A DNA stretch of 64,000 nt from Schmidtea polychroa (GCA_044892525.1 CM097885.1:72416001-72480000), one strand, 5' to 3'. Counted from the stretch's first letter, positions 48,387 through 63,890 are shown. Program-made: numbers and translations. The notes: generated by a model from the sequence alone, not told the origin.

Positions 48387-50561
48387 CAGTGATGGCGAAC
48401 CCATGACCCGTGGGTCAAGGAGTGACCCACGAAACTATTTTTAAATACCCAAGAGATAGTTTTAAATGTTAGATTTGAATTTTTTTTTCAAAACACTAAG
48501 AAATCCTATATATTTATTATAATTGGTTTACAAAAAAAACATTTTTTTCTTTTAAAAAATAGAATCTCAAAAACTATGTATAATAATAATAAATTACTAA
48601 AATATAGATGTCTCCACCGAACAAAAATAAATAATATAAGTTTTAAATATCTACTTATTACTAGAATCTATTGGTATTATAATTAAATATTATTTAGCAA
48701 GTTAAAGTTTTAATAATTGCTAAGTAATTTTAACAATATAAATTTTTTACAAGCCAATATTTTAGATTTTTTATTATTAGCAATTTTTTTAGATTTTTTA
48801 TTATTAGTTCAGGATGTCAATGAGCAAAAAACGTAAGGCGAATGAAGCAAGTACGGTAAGACTGTATCATGAAGAATGGTTTTTCAAATTTGGAGTAATT
48901 GAAAAAAATAAGAAAACGCTTTGCATTCTGTGCAAAGAGAACGTCACTACTCGTACTTATAATGTAAAAAGAAATTTTGAAACTATTCACAAAAATTTAG
49001 TTTCATTAACAGAGAAAGAGAAAAAAGAATACTTTTCGCAGGAGTTAAAAAAATATCAAGCTGAAACTTATACGTTGAAATCGTTTGTTGTGCCCAAAAA
49101 ACATATTACGTCAGCTAGTTTTCAGCTGGCACACTCAATTGCAAAATATGGGAAATCATTATCAGAAGGAGAGTTTTTTAAGGAGCTCTTTTAGATTGCA
49201 GCAATTTGTTGTTTTCCGATTTTAAAGAAAAAGATCTAATTATAAAACGAATAAAAGAATTGTGAATTAGTCGGAACACAGTAAAAGACAGAATTTTAAC
49301 TATAGACGGAAATACTTCTATGCAATTAATTGCCGACTTAAAAAATACTGAAATGTTTTCGGTTTCGTTGGATGAAAGTACCGACATAACTGGTCAGGCA
49401 CAGGTTGCAATAATTGCTAAATACAAATCTGCGAATATTATGAGAGAATAATTATTAAAATTAGTAAATTTAACAGGAAAAACAACAGGTGTGGATATTA
49501 TGCATGGATTTAAAGAAGAAATTGAAAAAATGAATATTGATATAAAGAAGATTGTTTCCGTAACTAAGATGGTGCTCCAAGCATGGTTGGAAAAAACGTT
49601 GGATTTATTACACAGCTCAAACAATACATTGGACGTCCATTATTTGAACAAATTTACAATGGTTAAATGATCTAATGGTTTTTTGTGATATAGCACAGCA
49701 CTTTAACGAGCTTAATAAGGAACTTCAAGGACGTGGACAAATTGCTTTAAATACGTATGAAAATATTAAATCGTTTGTGTTAAAATTGGACATTTTTATA
49801 AAAGATTTGAATATGACAACTTTTAAATATTTTCCACATTTACTTGAACACTTTAAAAGTTCAACGCATTTTGGGAATAATATTGAGGTTAACGAGAATA
49901 AAATCAATAACTATGTATTAATTATTGAAGAAATCAGAGAATCCATTGAAAACAGATTTATTCAATTTAAACAACAGGAAACTAGTTTACAATTTATCAT
50001 GTATCCTCATAAAATTGAATTTAAAAATTTGGAATTAGAGGTCTTTAGTTGGTTGAATATTAATAATTTAGAAATAGAATTGGTAGAATTTCAAAATAGT
50101 TTTTTATGGAGAAATAAATTTGAAGATTTAACTGCAAAAATAGAATTAAATAATTCCCAAATTTCTTTTAATGAATCAGCAGAAGAAAATATTGAAAATA
50201 TTATACTCCAAGCGTGGAATTCTATGCCAAGTACATTTATTTGCATGAAAACTTTAGCTAATGCTGTATTAACAATGTTCGGATCGTCTTATTACTGTCA
50301 GCAACTATTTTCTTCATTGAATTATATAAAGTCCTCGGAAAGAAATCGACTCGGAAAAGAAATGACTGCTGCATGTATGAGATTAAGGACAACAACTTAT
50401 AAACCAGATATACAAAAATTATCATCTGAAAAGCAGCAGAAAATTTTACATTAATTTTTTTGTATTATTTATTTAAATTATATTTATTTGTTTACTGAAT
50501 TATTTTTATAATTTTTTTAAATTAATTTTGACCCACCAGAAAGAAAGGTTGGCCATCACTG
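48387..50561 (+). mobile_element. hAT (Buster/GTF2IRD2-like) transposon, internally deleted
   Basis: TIR CAGTGATGGCGAACC / GGTTGGCCATCACTG; exact 8-bp TSD CACTAGGT; BED-like LCILCKE..KRNFETIH, SVSLDESTD and FGSSYYCQQLFSSL. Confidence 0.95.
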
Positions 50562-52566
50562 CACTAGGTTAATGAATATATTAATTAAGAATACAGTTTC
50601 AGAATAAATCATTGAAAAATCAAACAAAATTTACAATATCTTTTTTAAAATAAAAATTTGGAAATTTTATTTTTGAAATATATATAAAAATAAATATTAT
50701 AAATAAATATAAATAAATATATAAATATTAAATTATATATTGTGGATATCTGGGGAAAATATTAAATAAATAAAGGTCCAGTAACGGACAAACGTATTTT
50801 AATGGTTCTGCTTCATCGTCTTTCGACATCTATACAAATAATAATGTATAGACACATATTACTAGAATAAATGAAGGTAGGATTAAAAATTATTTTCATT
50901 ATTTTTATTTAATACTTATGTCAAAGGAATTGCAGTATACACTTTCAACATTTTTTTATAAGATTGACTATTTTCTCTTTAGATTTTATATCAAGTTTCA
51001 TAGATCCTTTCAAGAACTTATTTAAATTATTTGGCTGGACTTGAATTCTGGAAGTAATGCAACCTCAAACTTGTATATCCCCTTTACTAACTGGTAACTT
51101 TCTTATATTTATTTGTACCCTTCGGACTCTATGGAAGCTGATATTATTCTGAATTTTGATCTTTCATGGTTGTGCATTAATACCATGTAAAACAAAGTAA
51201 TTGAATATCCTGCCAAAGTATAAATGAAAACTAAAGACTTTTTTCAAGAAGACAATGCCATTCCGCTATTCCATAGATGACAGAAACCATATCTGTTGCT
51301 GATTCGTTAATTTTACCGATAATGCGCAAATCCGTCATAAACGTCACAAACGCTCAGCAGGTTTACGGTAATTACGAGTGAAAATAGATAAAGTTTTTCC
51401 CCTTCAACTTTACGTGTTTGTTGACTTTCTTTTCAAAATAACATGAGGAAACCAATACTGATTCAGCATGTCTTTATATATTTATACATTGCAGATGCAA
51501 CATAAGAACAGACAAATGATATCATTGAAATTGTTTACAAGCGACTGTATTAATTGTCCATATAATCTAGGTCTCATGATGCACGAAAAACAGAGAGATG
51601 AATTCCGAATCACTTTGCAAAAGAAGACCAGGCGCATGTGTCAAATGAAAGTAGATAGACTGTCTACAGAGAAAGAATTATTGACGGTAAATAATTATTT
51701 TTTGTTTATAAGCTGGAATGATATGTTTACGTAATTTAATCATTTTCGCTATAAGTGTGGTCCTTGAATTCACCTGCGACCGCAAATATTTGCCAAATTC
51801 TCGCGTTGATATGATTTTATCTGGAGATTTCTTTTCACTTTTATCTATATATTTTGAAGAGTTTTTTGTTGTCAGAGTTAGATTTCATTTTATTGAATAA
51901 TAATTAATGGAAATCTTTCTTATGGAACTTTTGGCAAATTCGGTCTAACACGTCAACTGAATTGGAAGGAATTCTTTTCATATATAATGATCCTTTTCTA
52001 CAACTATATCCAAGTTTTCTATTCCGAATTCCTCACACCCCTAACACTTTTATTTTGTGAAAACCAGGAAGTGATTACTTTTTCTAGTCATGTATATAAA
52101 CCGACAATGATAAAGATGAACTTAGAGATTTTCATAAACGTTTACTTTAGAAATTTTTACAATAAAAAATAAAAAAAAAGAATATTAGTTTGTATATGAA
52201 AGATACAATAAAATATGGTCGGAGAACAAGAAATAGACATTTTGTAAAAAATAATTATACGTAAATTATTTTTAGATTTTTTGAGTTCAAAATATGAATA
52301 TTTTGTTTTAAGCTCTTCGTTGAATATAATAATTAATAAAACAATTAATTGATATAATTTGCATTGGCTGCAAGTTGCAAGTTTAATTAAAACAAATATG
52401 TGAATTTTTTACTATGAATTGTCCTCTTCAATCTGCTTCAGAAAATAGTTTGCATGTAAATTTGAAGAGTTTGATTTTCGTTAATTGAATTATCTGCCTT
52501 TTGATTGGATCTTTATTTTCGATAATTCCCTTCTTTTAACATTTTATCATTTATTAATTATTTAAT

Positions 52567-55500
52567 AGTTAAATCCAACTCGGTTTTCAAATTCTTCAAA
52601 TCCGACATAAATTTATTATTATACCACAAGTTTTTAATTTTTCAAAACAACGTGACAAATCACTTATCTAAACAAATTTAGATATTTAACTCTACCATTC
52701 TTATGAATCTTTTCAATTCTTCAATTCTTTTTTTCGTTCCTTCTTGTGAATGTAGTTCGACTCGATGAGTGATAGAAATCTGACGATTTTAAATGAATAC
52801 CATCGTTGTGCCTGTTCTGCGATTCTTTACGTACAAGTACCTCTTCACCCACCTCGAAAACAGAAGTGCCCCTCTTTGTCTTATCCATAGTTCTCATAGT
52901 GTCTGTGGCTTTACTCGAGTTAAATCTCGTGTCTTCCATTCTTTCGCTTCTTGATATCTCGGCTTTTCAAAATTGTAGGTTAACACTCCTTCCATAAATT
53001 ATCTCAAATGGTGATAAAACTGTAGCACTTTGTAGACTGCTATTTAAAGTGAACTCTATTCCAGGTAGAAGTTCTTGCCAGTTTTTCTCTTCACATCTAC
53101 CTGCCAATGTTGCTGTAATAAGATCTCTTATCGTTCGTATGGCTCGTTCGGCTAAACCATTTGATTGGTGCTAGTAAGTTGAGTTGAATTCCTGTTTGAT
53201 TCCAAGTTTTTGTAGCTTCTGTCTTAGAAAATTCCTTCAAAATTGCGGCCTCTATCTGTTAAAATGCTCTTCGGTTTTCCGAATCGATAGATCAAACTAT
53301 TAAGTATTGTTTTGAAAATTTTCCCTTCGTCTTGCTTTGTGATTGCAGTTAAAGAAATCAGTTTGCTAAACCGGTCGACCATTACTACCATATATTTTTA
53401 TGGCGTTAATTTCCATTTAAGCCTCATCTATAACAATCTGTTCTAGGAATTCAGAGCTATTTCTAGGAATAAATGTTTCCTTGGTTCTTGTCTGATCGAT
53501 CTTTCTCTTAGTGCAGATCTCGCAACATCGTAAACAGAGTTGGATTGTTTCTTGCATTTTCGGCCAATAAAACATATTTTCCATATAATGAAATAATTTC
53601 TTTACTCCAATGTGACATAGTTATTCATGTAGGTTTGTTTATAACAGGGCTGCAAATGTTTCTGGGACTAACATTAAGATATTTTTGTTCTTTTCTACTG
53701 TTATTAATCCTCCAGTCAATTCGTGTATTTTTTACGTTAAAAGGAAAACAATTCTTTTTTTCGCGAGTACGAATGTTCTTTGGATAGTATATATATATGT
53801 ATATATACATATATGTGTGTGTGTTGAACACTGGGTCCAAATCATACTTTATAATCTTGATAGTCAGTCTGCATTCGAGTGTTCTTTGCCTTTCCGATAA
53901 TTTAGTTCAAAATCATATTCCATTACATAGTATCCATTTTCGTGTGATGGCATATGTCTCGAGCCATAAGCTATGATAGATTCTTCTCCATCTTCTGTAA
54001 TTTGACTCAAAAATGCACTGATGGCTCTGAAACTAGCGCCTGTGTCTAGGATAAAAGTCCTATCTTCTCTTGAAAAATCAAGGATAGGTGACTCGCACAA
54101 CCGTCTCTTCAGAGTTTGGAAGCTCTCATTGCATTCTTTAGTCCAATTTATATCTTTATCGCATCATGATGTTGCAGCGTATAATGGTTCGGCGATTTTG
54201 GCATAGTCTCTGATGATTCTTCTATAGTAGTTCGTTAATCCGAGAAACGATCTCAATTGTTTTGAACATTTTTGTACATCTGCTTTCTCGATCTCGTCAA
54301 CTTTCTTTCTGTTTGTCTGGATACCCTTCTCGTTAACTGTGTGACCAAGGAAACACAATTCTGTTCTATTGAATTTGCATTATTCTGGATTTATCTTCAG
54401 TCCAGTCATTTGAGTTTTTCTGAATATTTCCCTAAATAGCTCATCGTGGTCTTTTTGACTTTTACCATATATCAAGATTTGATCTAGATAAACTAATACT
54501 CCCTTGAATAGAATTCCTTCTAGCACTGTGTGCATCAGTCTCTGGAATGTCGCAGGGTCTTTTGCTAAGCCAAACAGTAGTCTATTGAAGCAAACTTTTC
54601 CTTCCCTTGTATTGAATGCAGTCATTTCTTGAATTTCTGGAGCCAACTCTACATGATAATACGCCTGACCTAAATCGATTGACGAAAATATTTTCGCATT
54701 CGCGAGACAGTCGAGTAAGAATTTGGTATTAGGCATCGGAAATGACTACTTTTCTGTTATGGAATTCAATCCGCGATAATCTACACACATCCTGATGGAT
54801 TCAATTTTCTTCCATACTATCACTAACCAGGTATTCCAAGGACTATTGCAACACCAAATAACATTTGCTTTCATTAACTCTTTTATCAGCTCTTCAATCC
54901 TTTTTTCATGTGCATTGGTTGACATCGAGGATGTTACATTATTGGGCATCCTGTTATCCGCATCTCATGTCGAACTAAGTTTGTAAATCCCAGATCAAAT
55001 TTCGATGCCATAAAATTTCCGCCGTATTCCCTGATCATTTTTTCAATATCTTTACTATTCTCATCTGCCATTCTTTCTTCATCAGTGTAGATTTTATTTA
55101 TCAATGACGTTTCTATATTATTGAATTTTACTAACTTTACTCTAAACTCTTTCATTGTATCATAGCTCCTAAGAATTTGGGCTTGATCTCTTTTACCACT
55201 ACTACTGTGATTATTTTGGTCTTCTGATTCCATGTGGCCGGAAAGGTCATGTATGCCATTGCTTCTTCACCTCCAGTTGGAAAAAACTCCGCATAATAAT
55301 ATCATACTACTTGAAGTTCTGGTTTGTCTATTTTCTCCCACAATTTCGTGCTCATGACTGTTACTGATGCTCCAGTGTCCCATAACATTTCTGCTTCTGC
55401 ATTATTCAACATTATTTTACTCCAATTTCTTCCATCTTCCATCTGGTACATATTTTCTTCTGCCACATCTCTTGGTCGTTCATTTCTTTTTTCAAAATTT

Positions 55501-56835
55501 ACTGTCTTGACTCCACCGTTGAAATGAAACCCATGGACTCGTTGATGTTTTTTCCGTCTTCTATCAATATAGTATATATCTCAGGGACATTGTATCTATC
55601 TTCCATATTCTGAAATTCTGGCTATTCTCGGTGTAATCTTTCTTTCAGATTTTGAATCTTCTTCTTCTATGCACACTATTCCTTGATATCGACGTGGAAC
55701 CTTTTTCCGTAACGAAAAACAATTTCGGAGCCCGTGTCCTTCTTTGCCACATATCAGACATTTTTCCCAGTGGACACTCATATATTCTGTGTCCCCTTTC
55801 GCAACAGCAAAAACAATCACCTACCGTTAATTTTGGGACCGATGCTTGTGGTAGTCAACTACTTTCGTTGTACAGCCTCCTTGCTATATTCTTCATGGAT
55901 ATTATTGGTAGCTTCCTTTCTGAGTCATTCAGGATTCTCGCATTTTTCAAGAATTGTTCTCTTAGAGATTGTTCTCGACGACAATGGTTATTTCCTTCGT
56001 ATTGTATTGGTCCGCGTATAGGATCTGTGGTGATTAAATGACTCTTCTGATACTCTTTTTTGTGGTGATGTAGGCATGGAATCTTGAGTATTCTTTTGAA
56101 TTCTCCTCAGTCATGCTAGCATATGTTCTTTGACGGATTGTTTTAATAAATTCCGTTTTATTGTTTCCATTATTGTTACTTTCAAAACTTTTCGCCAATG
56201 ATCTCGTTTCTTCAATTTTTGTTTCTTGTTTCGTCAATAGTATCTCCCGCAGTTTCGCATCACGTGCTTTATTTGCGATGAGGTCTTGAACAATATCTTT
56301 TTCTGATAGTCCTGCATTTACAACTTCAGCTAAACCTTTCCTAAGACGTATCTCAAAACTTCAAAGCGTTCATCATCTTCCTGTTCCATAGCTGCAAATT
56401 CTCTGATTTTGTAATTGTGAACGTATGTAAGAACCACGCTTTGAGTTTCACATCTGTTGTTTCTGTTTATCTGACGTTTCTCCACAATGTCTTTGCTTCT
56501 GCCACCAATAACACATCTAAAGTGCTTGTCGATCGTTGTCCATTTGTCAGCATCCATTCTTCTATATCCCTGATCCATTTCTGGCTTCTTTTAAACCTCG
56601 TCCATCATATCGTCTGATGTTCAGCGTTAGCATGATTTCGGGCGGCATTCCATTAGCGATTTTGTAGATTTCGAAATTGCAATGACGTTCTGATTTTCGG
56701 CGTGGTCGCCAGTTAAATCCAACTCGGTTTTCAAATTCTTCAAATCCCACATAAATTTATTATTATACCACAAGTTTTCAATTTTCTAAAATAACGTGAC
56801 AAATCACTTATTTAAACAAATTCAGAATTATAACT
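52567..56835 (-). mobile_element. Ty3/gypsy LTR retrotransposon 2, full length, degraded
   Basis: 125-bp LTRs (52567-52691, 56711-56835) with AGTT..AACT ends, 5-bp TSD TTAAT and PBS TGGCGACCACG. Gag knuckle CLICGKEGHGLRNC, protease DTGAS, RT FSSIDLGQAY / YLDQ, RH and integrase fragments; many frameshifts. Confidence 0.93.
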
Positions 56836-57559
56836 TTAATATTAATAATAACTTAATAATTTCATTAACTTAATCATAATATTTAATTTTAATCGTAGCA
56901 TATGAGGCTTTTAATCAATTAGTGTGACCTTGATATTTAATAATGTTGATTTTTGATTTAAATTTTATTGTGCCAATTTTATCATCTAACTATTCATAAT
57001 TTGGTCTAAAAAACCATGTATATTTAATATTCATATAATTAAGCTTTAATAAAAAATTTTAAATATTAAAAATAATTAAAATTAAAATATCTGCTCAGCC
57101 GAGTTTTAAACATACATATGCAAATATTACGTTTTAACAATTTAATCTTTATTCAAATCTGAGCGCTGTGGTCTTCTCTTATCCTTCAGTAAACTTCAAT
57201 ATATGGAAGTCTTTCAAAATAAATGGTGTGAATTAATTTTTTTTGAAAATAATACTTTTCTTACATGTGGAAAGTAAATATCATGGTGACTTANNNNNNN
57301 NNNNNNNNNNNNNNNNNNNNNNNNNNNNNNNNNNNNNNNNNNNNNNNNNNNNNNNNNNNNNNNNNNNNNNNNNNNNNNNNNNNNNNNNNNNNNNNNNNNN
57401 NNNNNNNNNNNNNNNNNNNNNNNNNNNNNNNNNNNNNNNNNNNNNNNNNACACAGAAGAAATAAAAATTAAATTTATTTGGCAACATTTATTCTGACTAA
57501 AAGGGTTATACACTGAAAATGCTGAAATTTCAACTGACTTCGAAAGTTTGGATGAAGAA

Positions 57560-57870
57560 AACAATGAGAGGATTGAAAACTCAGCTACGCTCTCATTAAA
57601 AGGTGAGTTAAACTTAGTAATTCAGAAAGCCTAGTTGGAATCAGAACCAAAATGTGATTTTGATTTATTGAAGCAATAGTTCGCTTTGTTTAAAAGAACA
57701 AATAATAAAACTAAAAACATAACTTTGTTGTACAATGCAATAAAAACCATTAAACCTACAGCAAGTGAGAGAGCTTTCTTTGCACAAACTTTGCAAACTT
57801 TGCACAAAAATAAGATCCAGAATTGTCCGATTCTTTGAATGCTTTAACCTTTTTAAAATTTCATTACTTA
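57560..57870 (+). mobile_element. hAT transposase C-terminal (dimerisation domain) remnant
   Basis: LLYNAIKTIKPTASERAF followed by KIRSRI; stops and frameshifts. Confidence 0.55.
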
Positions 57871-60449
57871 AATAATAAAATTGATTAAAGTATTTTGATT
57901 CAATAAAAGAAATTTAAATTGAATTTGTATCTGTTTTCATTTATTTTTTAACTATATTTTTTAGGAAACAATAAAATATATATAATAACTTTATTATTTA
58001 AAATGGACTTTCCTTGCTTTCATTTTTGCAAAATCTTTTACAATTTCATTAGAGCCTGAATGCTTTGCAATATCCCTTTCTATTGAAATAGGAATCTGTT
58101 GATGAGAACAAGATTAACATTTCTTATATCTTTATTGTTAATATTCTAAAAAATATCATTGAAAAATGATTCTAACCCGGAGAGGCATTACCTTTATTAA
58201 TAAAGGTAAATTCCGAGTCAATTCAACGAAGAGAGATCTACATAAAATAAAATACATTTTGGTTCCCACATTTTTTCCCAAGAAATTTGACGGTGATCAG
58301 TCTGGACCTATTTAGCTACTGCCTTGGACCGTCTTTGGCTCTTTAATATTTTAATTAAACAAATTATTTTCACTGATAGGGTGTCCCTTTTTTTCAATCT
58401 GGAAACTTTGCATAATCTAATAATAGATTGAAACTTAAATGAATCAAACTTTTCGACAAATTAAGAGAAAATCTGTCATAAATTTAATTAAAATTTTGGT
58501 TTCTACCAGCCAAATTAATCTTGGTTCGGCGTCAAGTGATTTAAAATCTTCCTTTTTGAGCCACAATAATTAATTACAATTCTCTTGTCAAAATTAATTT
58601 TAATTCAATTTTAATACGCTCATTCTTCCGCCACGGAACGAAATATTCTTGGATAAAAAAATCATAGAATCTCACTTATCCTTACCAAACCGACGGCAGG
58701 ATTTCTCCTAATCATATGAAAAGTTTTTCAATCTGTCAATTTTCATTAAGAATCAGCTGATAAAATTTTACAATTGAATTTTGTGAAATTTGTCAAAATT
58801 TGTCTCGATGTGACAAATGATGCGAATCATTTTCCCTTGATCGCTTTCCATCATAATTTAATTTTTCATCAGTTTCTTTCCCTCAATTTCAATACCACTT
58901 GTCAGAAAGAAAGGAAATGAGCATTTATTATATTTAAATTAATTTTTGCATTTATTGTCAATTTTTTTTTAATATTTTTTTTGCATTTAGAAACATGTTT
59001 TAACTCTGGAGGAGCTTTGTAAGGAATTGGGAGGAAATGAGGAGCAGCTGAAAAATTGCAAACCAAGATGTAAGTTGTTTTTTTTTCATTATTAATGCAA
59101 AGAAATGAGATGAGAGAAATATGATGATTTGAACAGGGAAAAGATTGGATTTATCGACAAATATTTTCTGGGAAATCTTGGTGAAATATTTTGACATTTA
59201 TCGAATTCCCCTTAATTATCTCTCGCATTATTTTACATAACAAAATTGTAGTTTAAAAGTGCACAAATTAATTTGATGTTTTTACGATTGTTATTTTGGA
59301 GTTTTTGTTTTTCCAATTTCTACAAGACTTAAAAATTTGGAATTAAAATAAAGAAAATTTAATAAAATTCTGACCAAGTGGGAAAATGGGAATTTATTTT
59401 TTCATTAGATACGACTGCAAATGAAAAAAAATTGAAAACAAAATATCAAAAAAATATATTCATTTTGTCTTAATGGAGAAAAACTATTTACTTTTAGTGA
59501 TTAAATCATTTTTGTTTTTATTCATGGCGATTTTGTTTTAATTTTTGAAAATTATTATTAATATTAACCAGGCGGAAATGAAATATTTTTATTAAATAAA
59601 CTAATTAGCTAAACTTAAGGCGTAGAATTAGATTCATTGCATATTTTGGTTTCTCTGGAGTTATAAATAACGGGTCAATTAAAATATTAATCCAAAAGTT
59701 ACTAATAATTAAATTTTGAAAAAATAAATATAAAATTAATTAATTAATTAATTAAATTTGATATACGAAAATAATTATAACAAATAATAAATAATTAAGA
59801 TTATAAAAGGAAGATAAGCAAGCAGTTGGGCAATTGTCATTATCAGATAGTTGGAAAAAAAAGGTTATGGCAGATGTTTCATTGTGTAAAATTTACTAAA
59901 AACTTTTCATTTCTAAATTAAATTAAAAGAAATTTATATATGAATTAAAAAAAACATTTGTTTGAATATTGTAAAATAATAAAATTTCGATTTTAAATAA
60001 TTTAATTATTAATTGTCATTTCAGCGTAAAGTATTTTTTATAAATAACTACAATTAATTTTAAATTATGCTTTCTAAAGAAGAAATTATTTCTACCAAAT
60101 CTTTGGAACAATACTGTCATAATTCACTACCAACTTGAATTTGTTAACAAAACATGGATCTTTCAAGAATTTTGTTTAAACTTCTGTGTGCGTGTTAGTT
60201 TTGAAAGTGTGCTTATTTTATGTGTGCGCACACAGAGGCGAACAATGTATTTTGGATTTTAAGTCGAGTTTTTGGAGTTGATTTTGAGTTTTTTCGATTT
60301 CAATTTTTGAACATTATAATGTTTGATTTTGAGTTGTTTTAAAAAGGGTATTTTTTGAATTGTATTTTATTTGCAAATAAAAGTTTTTTTGAACGTTTGA
60401 AAGTTTCTAATATTAAAGTTTATTGAAAGCGACTTGCAATTTATGAAAA

Positions 60450-60925
60450 ATGTCTAAACAAAATTTGGAATATGAAGATTTTAACATTTGGAAAAGATCA
60501 AAGATTATTGAACATAGCGATTTCATTATTTACTCACCTGTGTTTTTTGAAGAGAATTATTTGACAACCGAAACTAATGATACTTCCAAAATGTTTTATG
60601 ATATTTCTTGTAAGAATGTATCTAATGGAACTGAATTTTATGATGTATTACCTGATAACAAAATCGAATTTATAATTCAAAATGGCATTGATTTGGCAGA
60701 ACCTACGATGACAAATACCAACTCATACGACTACTATTTTCCACTTGAAATAATCAATTCTATCAAGATTTCAGATGCTTCCAACTGTGCTTATCATTGC
60801 ACTCCTTTTTACATTAACCAGGATATCTACGACGAAACTGTTGTTAAAAAATTTAAAACAATGGTGTCAGAAGTGGCCATAGAATGTGAAGATACAAACA
60901 ACTGCGCTATACTTCTTTTTCTTAG
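60450..60925 (+). CDS. possible host exon, unknown product
   Basis: ATG-initiated ORF with about 158 codons before a candidate donor AG|GTCAGT; no recognisable domain. Confidence 0.35.
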
Positions 60926-60999
60926 GTCAGTTCATTTTCAATTTAAAAAATTCAACAAATCTGCATTCATCTCTAATTACACAATATTTTTATTAATAA

Positions 61000-61200
61000 G
61001 TATAAAAACTCCAGTTGGATTGTGTTCGAATCTTGATTATCAATTTACATGCAATGGGATGTACTACCAAATACATGAGTGAAACTTCCCGTTATCTCAA
61101 AACTTTAGTTCTTGAACATTGTAGACCAAAGGGATTGATCAATATTAGTGAACACATTAGGGGACCTATGAGTGAAAAAGACATGTCTAATTTAAAAAAA
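61000..61200 (+). mobile_element. Penelope GIY-YIG fragment
   Basis: TPVGLCSNLDYQFTCNG then YMSETSRYLKTLVLEHC, homologous to the 9595-9843 copy. Confidence 0.65.
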
Positions 61201-61777
61201 AATTTATTTTAAATAATTGATAGGATCCGAAAATGAATGTGCAGAATGCTGTGAACGCGTATAATTCAAGCAATCTTAGTTTTCTTGTAAATGTTAATTA
61301 ATATTGAGGAAGACAAACGGTTTGAATGATATTGTAAAAATGTAATTTTTATATTTGGAAAAGCTAAAAACTTCAAAGACTGATTCAATTTCTTTCATCA
61401 GTGAACTGTTTTTGTGTTGAAAGTTGTTTTAATTAATAACTGATTCCAGTAGAAATATTTCAATTAGAGATTTTTCAAAGAATATCAAGGAAAAACTATT
61501 TTTTTGCGTTTTATTACATTATTTATAATATATTCTCATGTTTGTAAATTATTCAAAAATGCTAAAAAAATATATGTCCAAATCACGAAACATTTACAAT
61601 TGCTCGATTATCACTAGAGTTGATTTATAGCTATATTATGAAATATTTTATTAGTTTTTTGTTTGAATTAGTCGTAGGAAATCAAAATATATATATATAT
61701 ATATATATTTAATAAATTCAATGTCATTTGAAAATAAATCAGTGGTGAAATTTGATAAAAGTTCTTATAATATATAT

Positions 61778-63890
61778 CAGTGTCGGGCAACCCGTGTGCC
61801 GAGAGAAGTTTCGAAAAATATTTAGAATTGCTAGGGTTTTTCAAAAATTTCAAAATGATTTAAAACTGCTAAACTTTTTTCAAAAATCTTATTATTGATA
61901 AACGGTTTAAATTTAAATATTACTTATATGGACAGATTTGTTATTCGGAAAGACGCAAGTGAGACGAAGGATACGTCAGATGAGAAAAACGATGATAAGG
62001 CGATTGTATCATCAAAAGTAAAAAAGCGAAAGTTTCAGGAGGAATATCTGCAATATGGAAAACGATCGCTCGCTGCCGTTTTGTCTCATTTGTGCAAAAC
62101 GTTTCAGCAATGAATCGATGAATCCAAGCAACTAATTCGACATCTCCAAGCAAAACATTGAGAATAAAAGAACAATCCAATCAGTTATTTCGAGAACTTA
62201 AGATTGAATCTTTAAAGGCAAGCAAATAAATTCAAAAAATATGTAATTACATCCGATCCAGCACAAATCGCAAGCTATCCTATTGCTCAACTCCTTGCAA
62301 AGAAAAAAACCCACGCCGAAGCAGAGAAAATAGTTTTGCTAGCTTTAAAAATTGCTGCTGAATGCATGTTAATGAATGATGCTGTTGAAAAATTTAAGAA
62401 TATTCCACTGTCGTCAAAAGCGATTGCGAGACGAATTGAAGATTTGTTGGATGACATTGAGTTACAGTTGAATGAATGTTTCAATGATCCATCAAGAAAA
62501 TGGGCGATCCAGCTTGACGAAAGCACTGATATCAGAAATAAAGCTCAGTTACTGTCATTTTTGAGATTTGATCGAGGAGGAATAATTGTGAGTGATTATT
62601 TCTTTTATCAAGAATTGAAACAAACAAAATCTGGCGAGGAAATTTTTGAAATAGTCGATGTAAATGTGAAAAAAACCATTTGAAATGAGAAAATTGTGTG
62701 AGTGTATGCACAGATGGAACTCCTGCCATGCAAGGCAGCAAAAACGAATTCGTTTCTCACGTTGTCAAGAAAAATAAAAGTGTCACAATTGTTCATTACA
62801 TGATCCACAGAGAAGTTCTGGTTTCCAAAGCTCTTCCGTCAATTCTCAAAGATACTCTAAATGAAGTCGTCAGCGTGGTCAATTGTATAAAAGCGAATGC
62901 TCTTTGATCAAGAATTTTTGCAGCTTTATGCGAAGCAATGGATTCGGATTAAAAAACTTTGCTATATCACACCGAAGTTTGATAGCTGTCAAAAGGAAAG
63001 GTTTTGAATCGATTTATATTTATGAAAGTTGATATTGTTTCATTTATCTATAACGAAGAAGTTGATTTTTCATTCCTGAAAGAAGATATTTGGTGGTTGC
63101 GAGTTTCTTTTTTGAGCGATATTTTCGACAAACCTAATAATTTAAATTTGAAATTGCAAGGAGCTCAAGAAAACTTCATCACTATCTCCCGAAAGTTATA
63201 ATGATTTGAGGAAAAACTGAGAATGTTGAGTCAAAAAAGTCAGCAAATCAATCTTTGGATCCTTTCCGACTGTTGACTCGATGCCTTCAAAGATTCAGAT
63301 CAAGCAAGAAATTGGAGATACTTTGAAATCTTTGTCAGAATCATTTCTTAAGTACTTTCCCTATCTCAACGTTACTGAAATGGAATGGATTGTCAACCCA
63401 TTTGCGGAGTGTGAAGCCATCAATCTTGAAGAAGAGTTTGAGGAAAACCTGATTGATTTGAGAAATGATTTGGTTTTCAAAAGAATCTTTGCAGAAAAAG
63501 AGCTGTCTGAGTTCTAGATATCTTTAAACAACAAATTTCCACGATTGAGCAGCAAAGCAATATAATTATTTTTGCTATTTGGAAGCCCATATCTTTGCGA
63601 GCAGGGCTTTTTGGCACTCACAGAAATTAAGTCAAAAAAGCTTGAGAGACTACAAATGATCGATAAAGATATGCGTGTTTGTCTTTCGAAAATTGAGACT
63701 CGCATCAACTATATTTGCGCGAAAAAGCAATCTCAAATTTCGCATTGAACAAAAATAAAACTTAATTGCATTCGATTCATTACTTGTAATTAAAAATTTA
63801 TTCCAAGATTTCCAACTGTCATATAGGAGTGCCTCAAGAAAATAAAATTTGCTTAGGGTGTCGCGATGCGAAAAATGTTGCCCGAAACTG
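61778..63890 (+). mobile_element. hAT (Buster/ZBED5-like) transposon, degraded
   Basis: TIR CAGTGTCGGGCAAC / GTTGCCCGAAACTG; exact 8-bp TSD ATATATAT; WAIQLDESTD, VCTDGTPAMQG, HYMIHRE and FGSPYLCEQGF; many stops. Confidence 0.95.
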
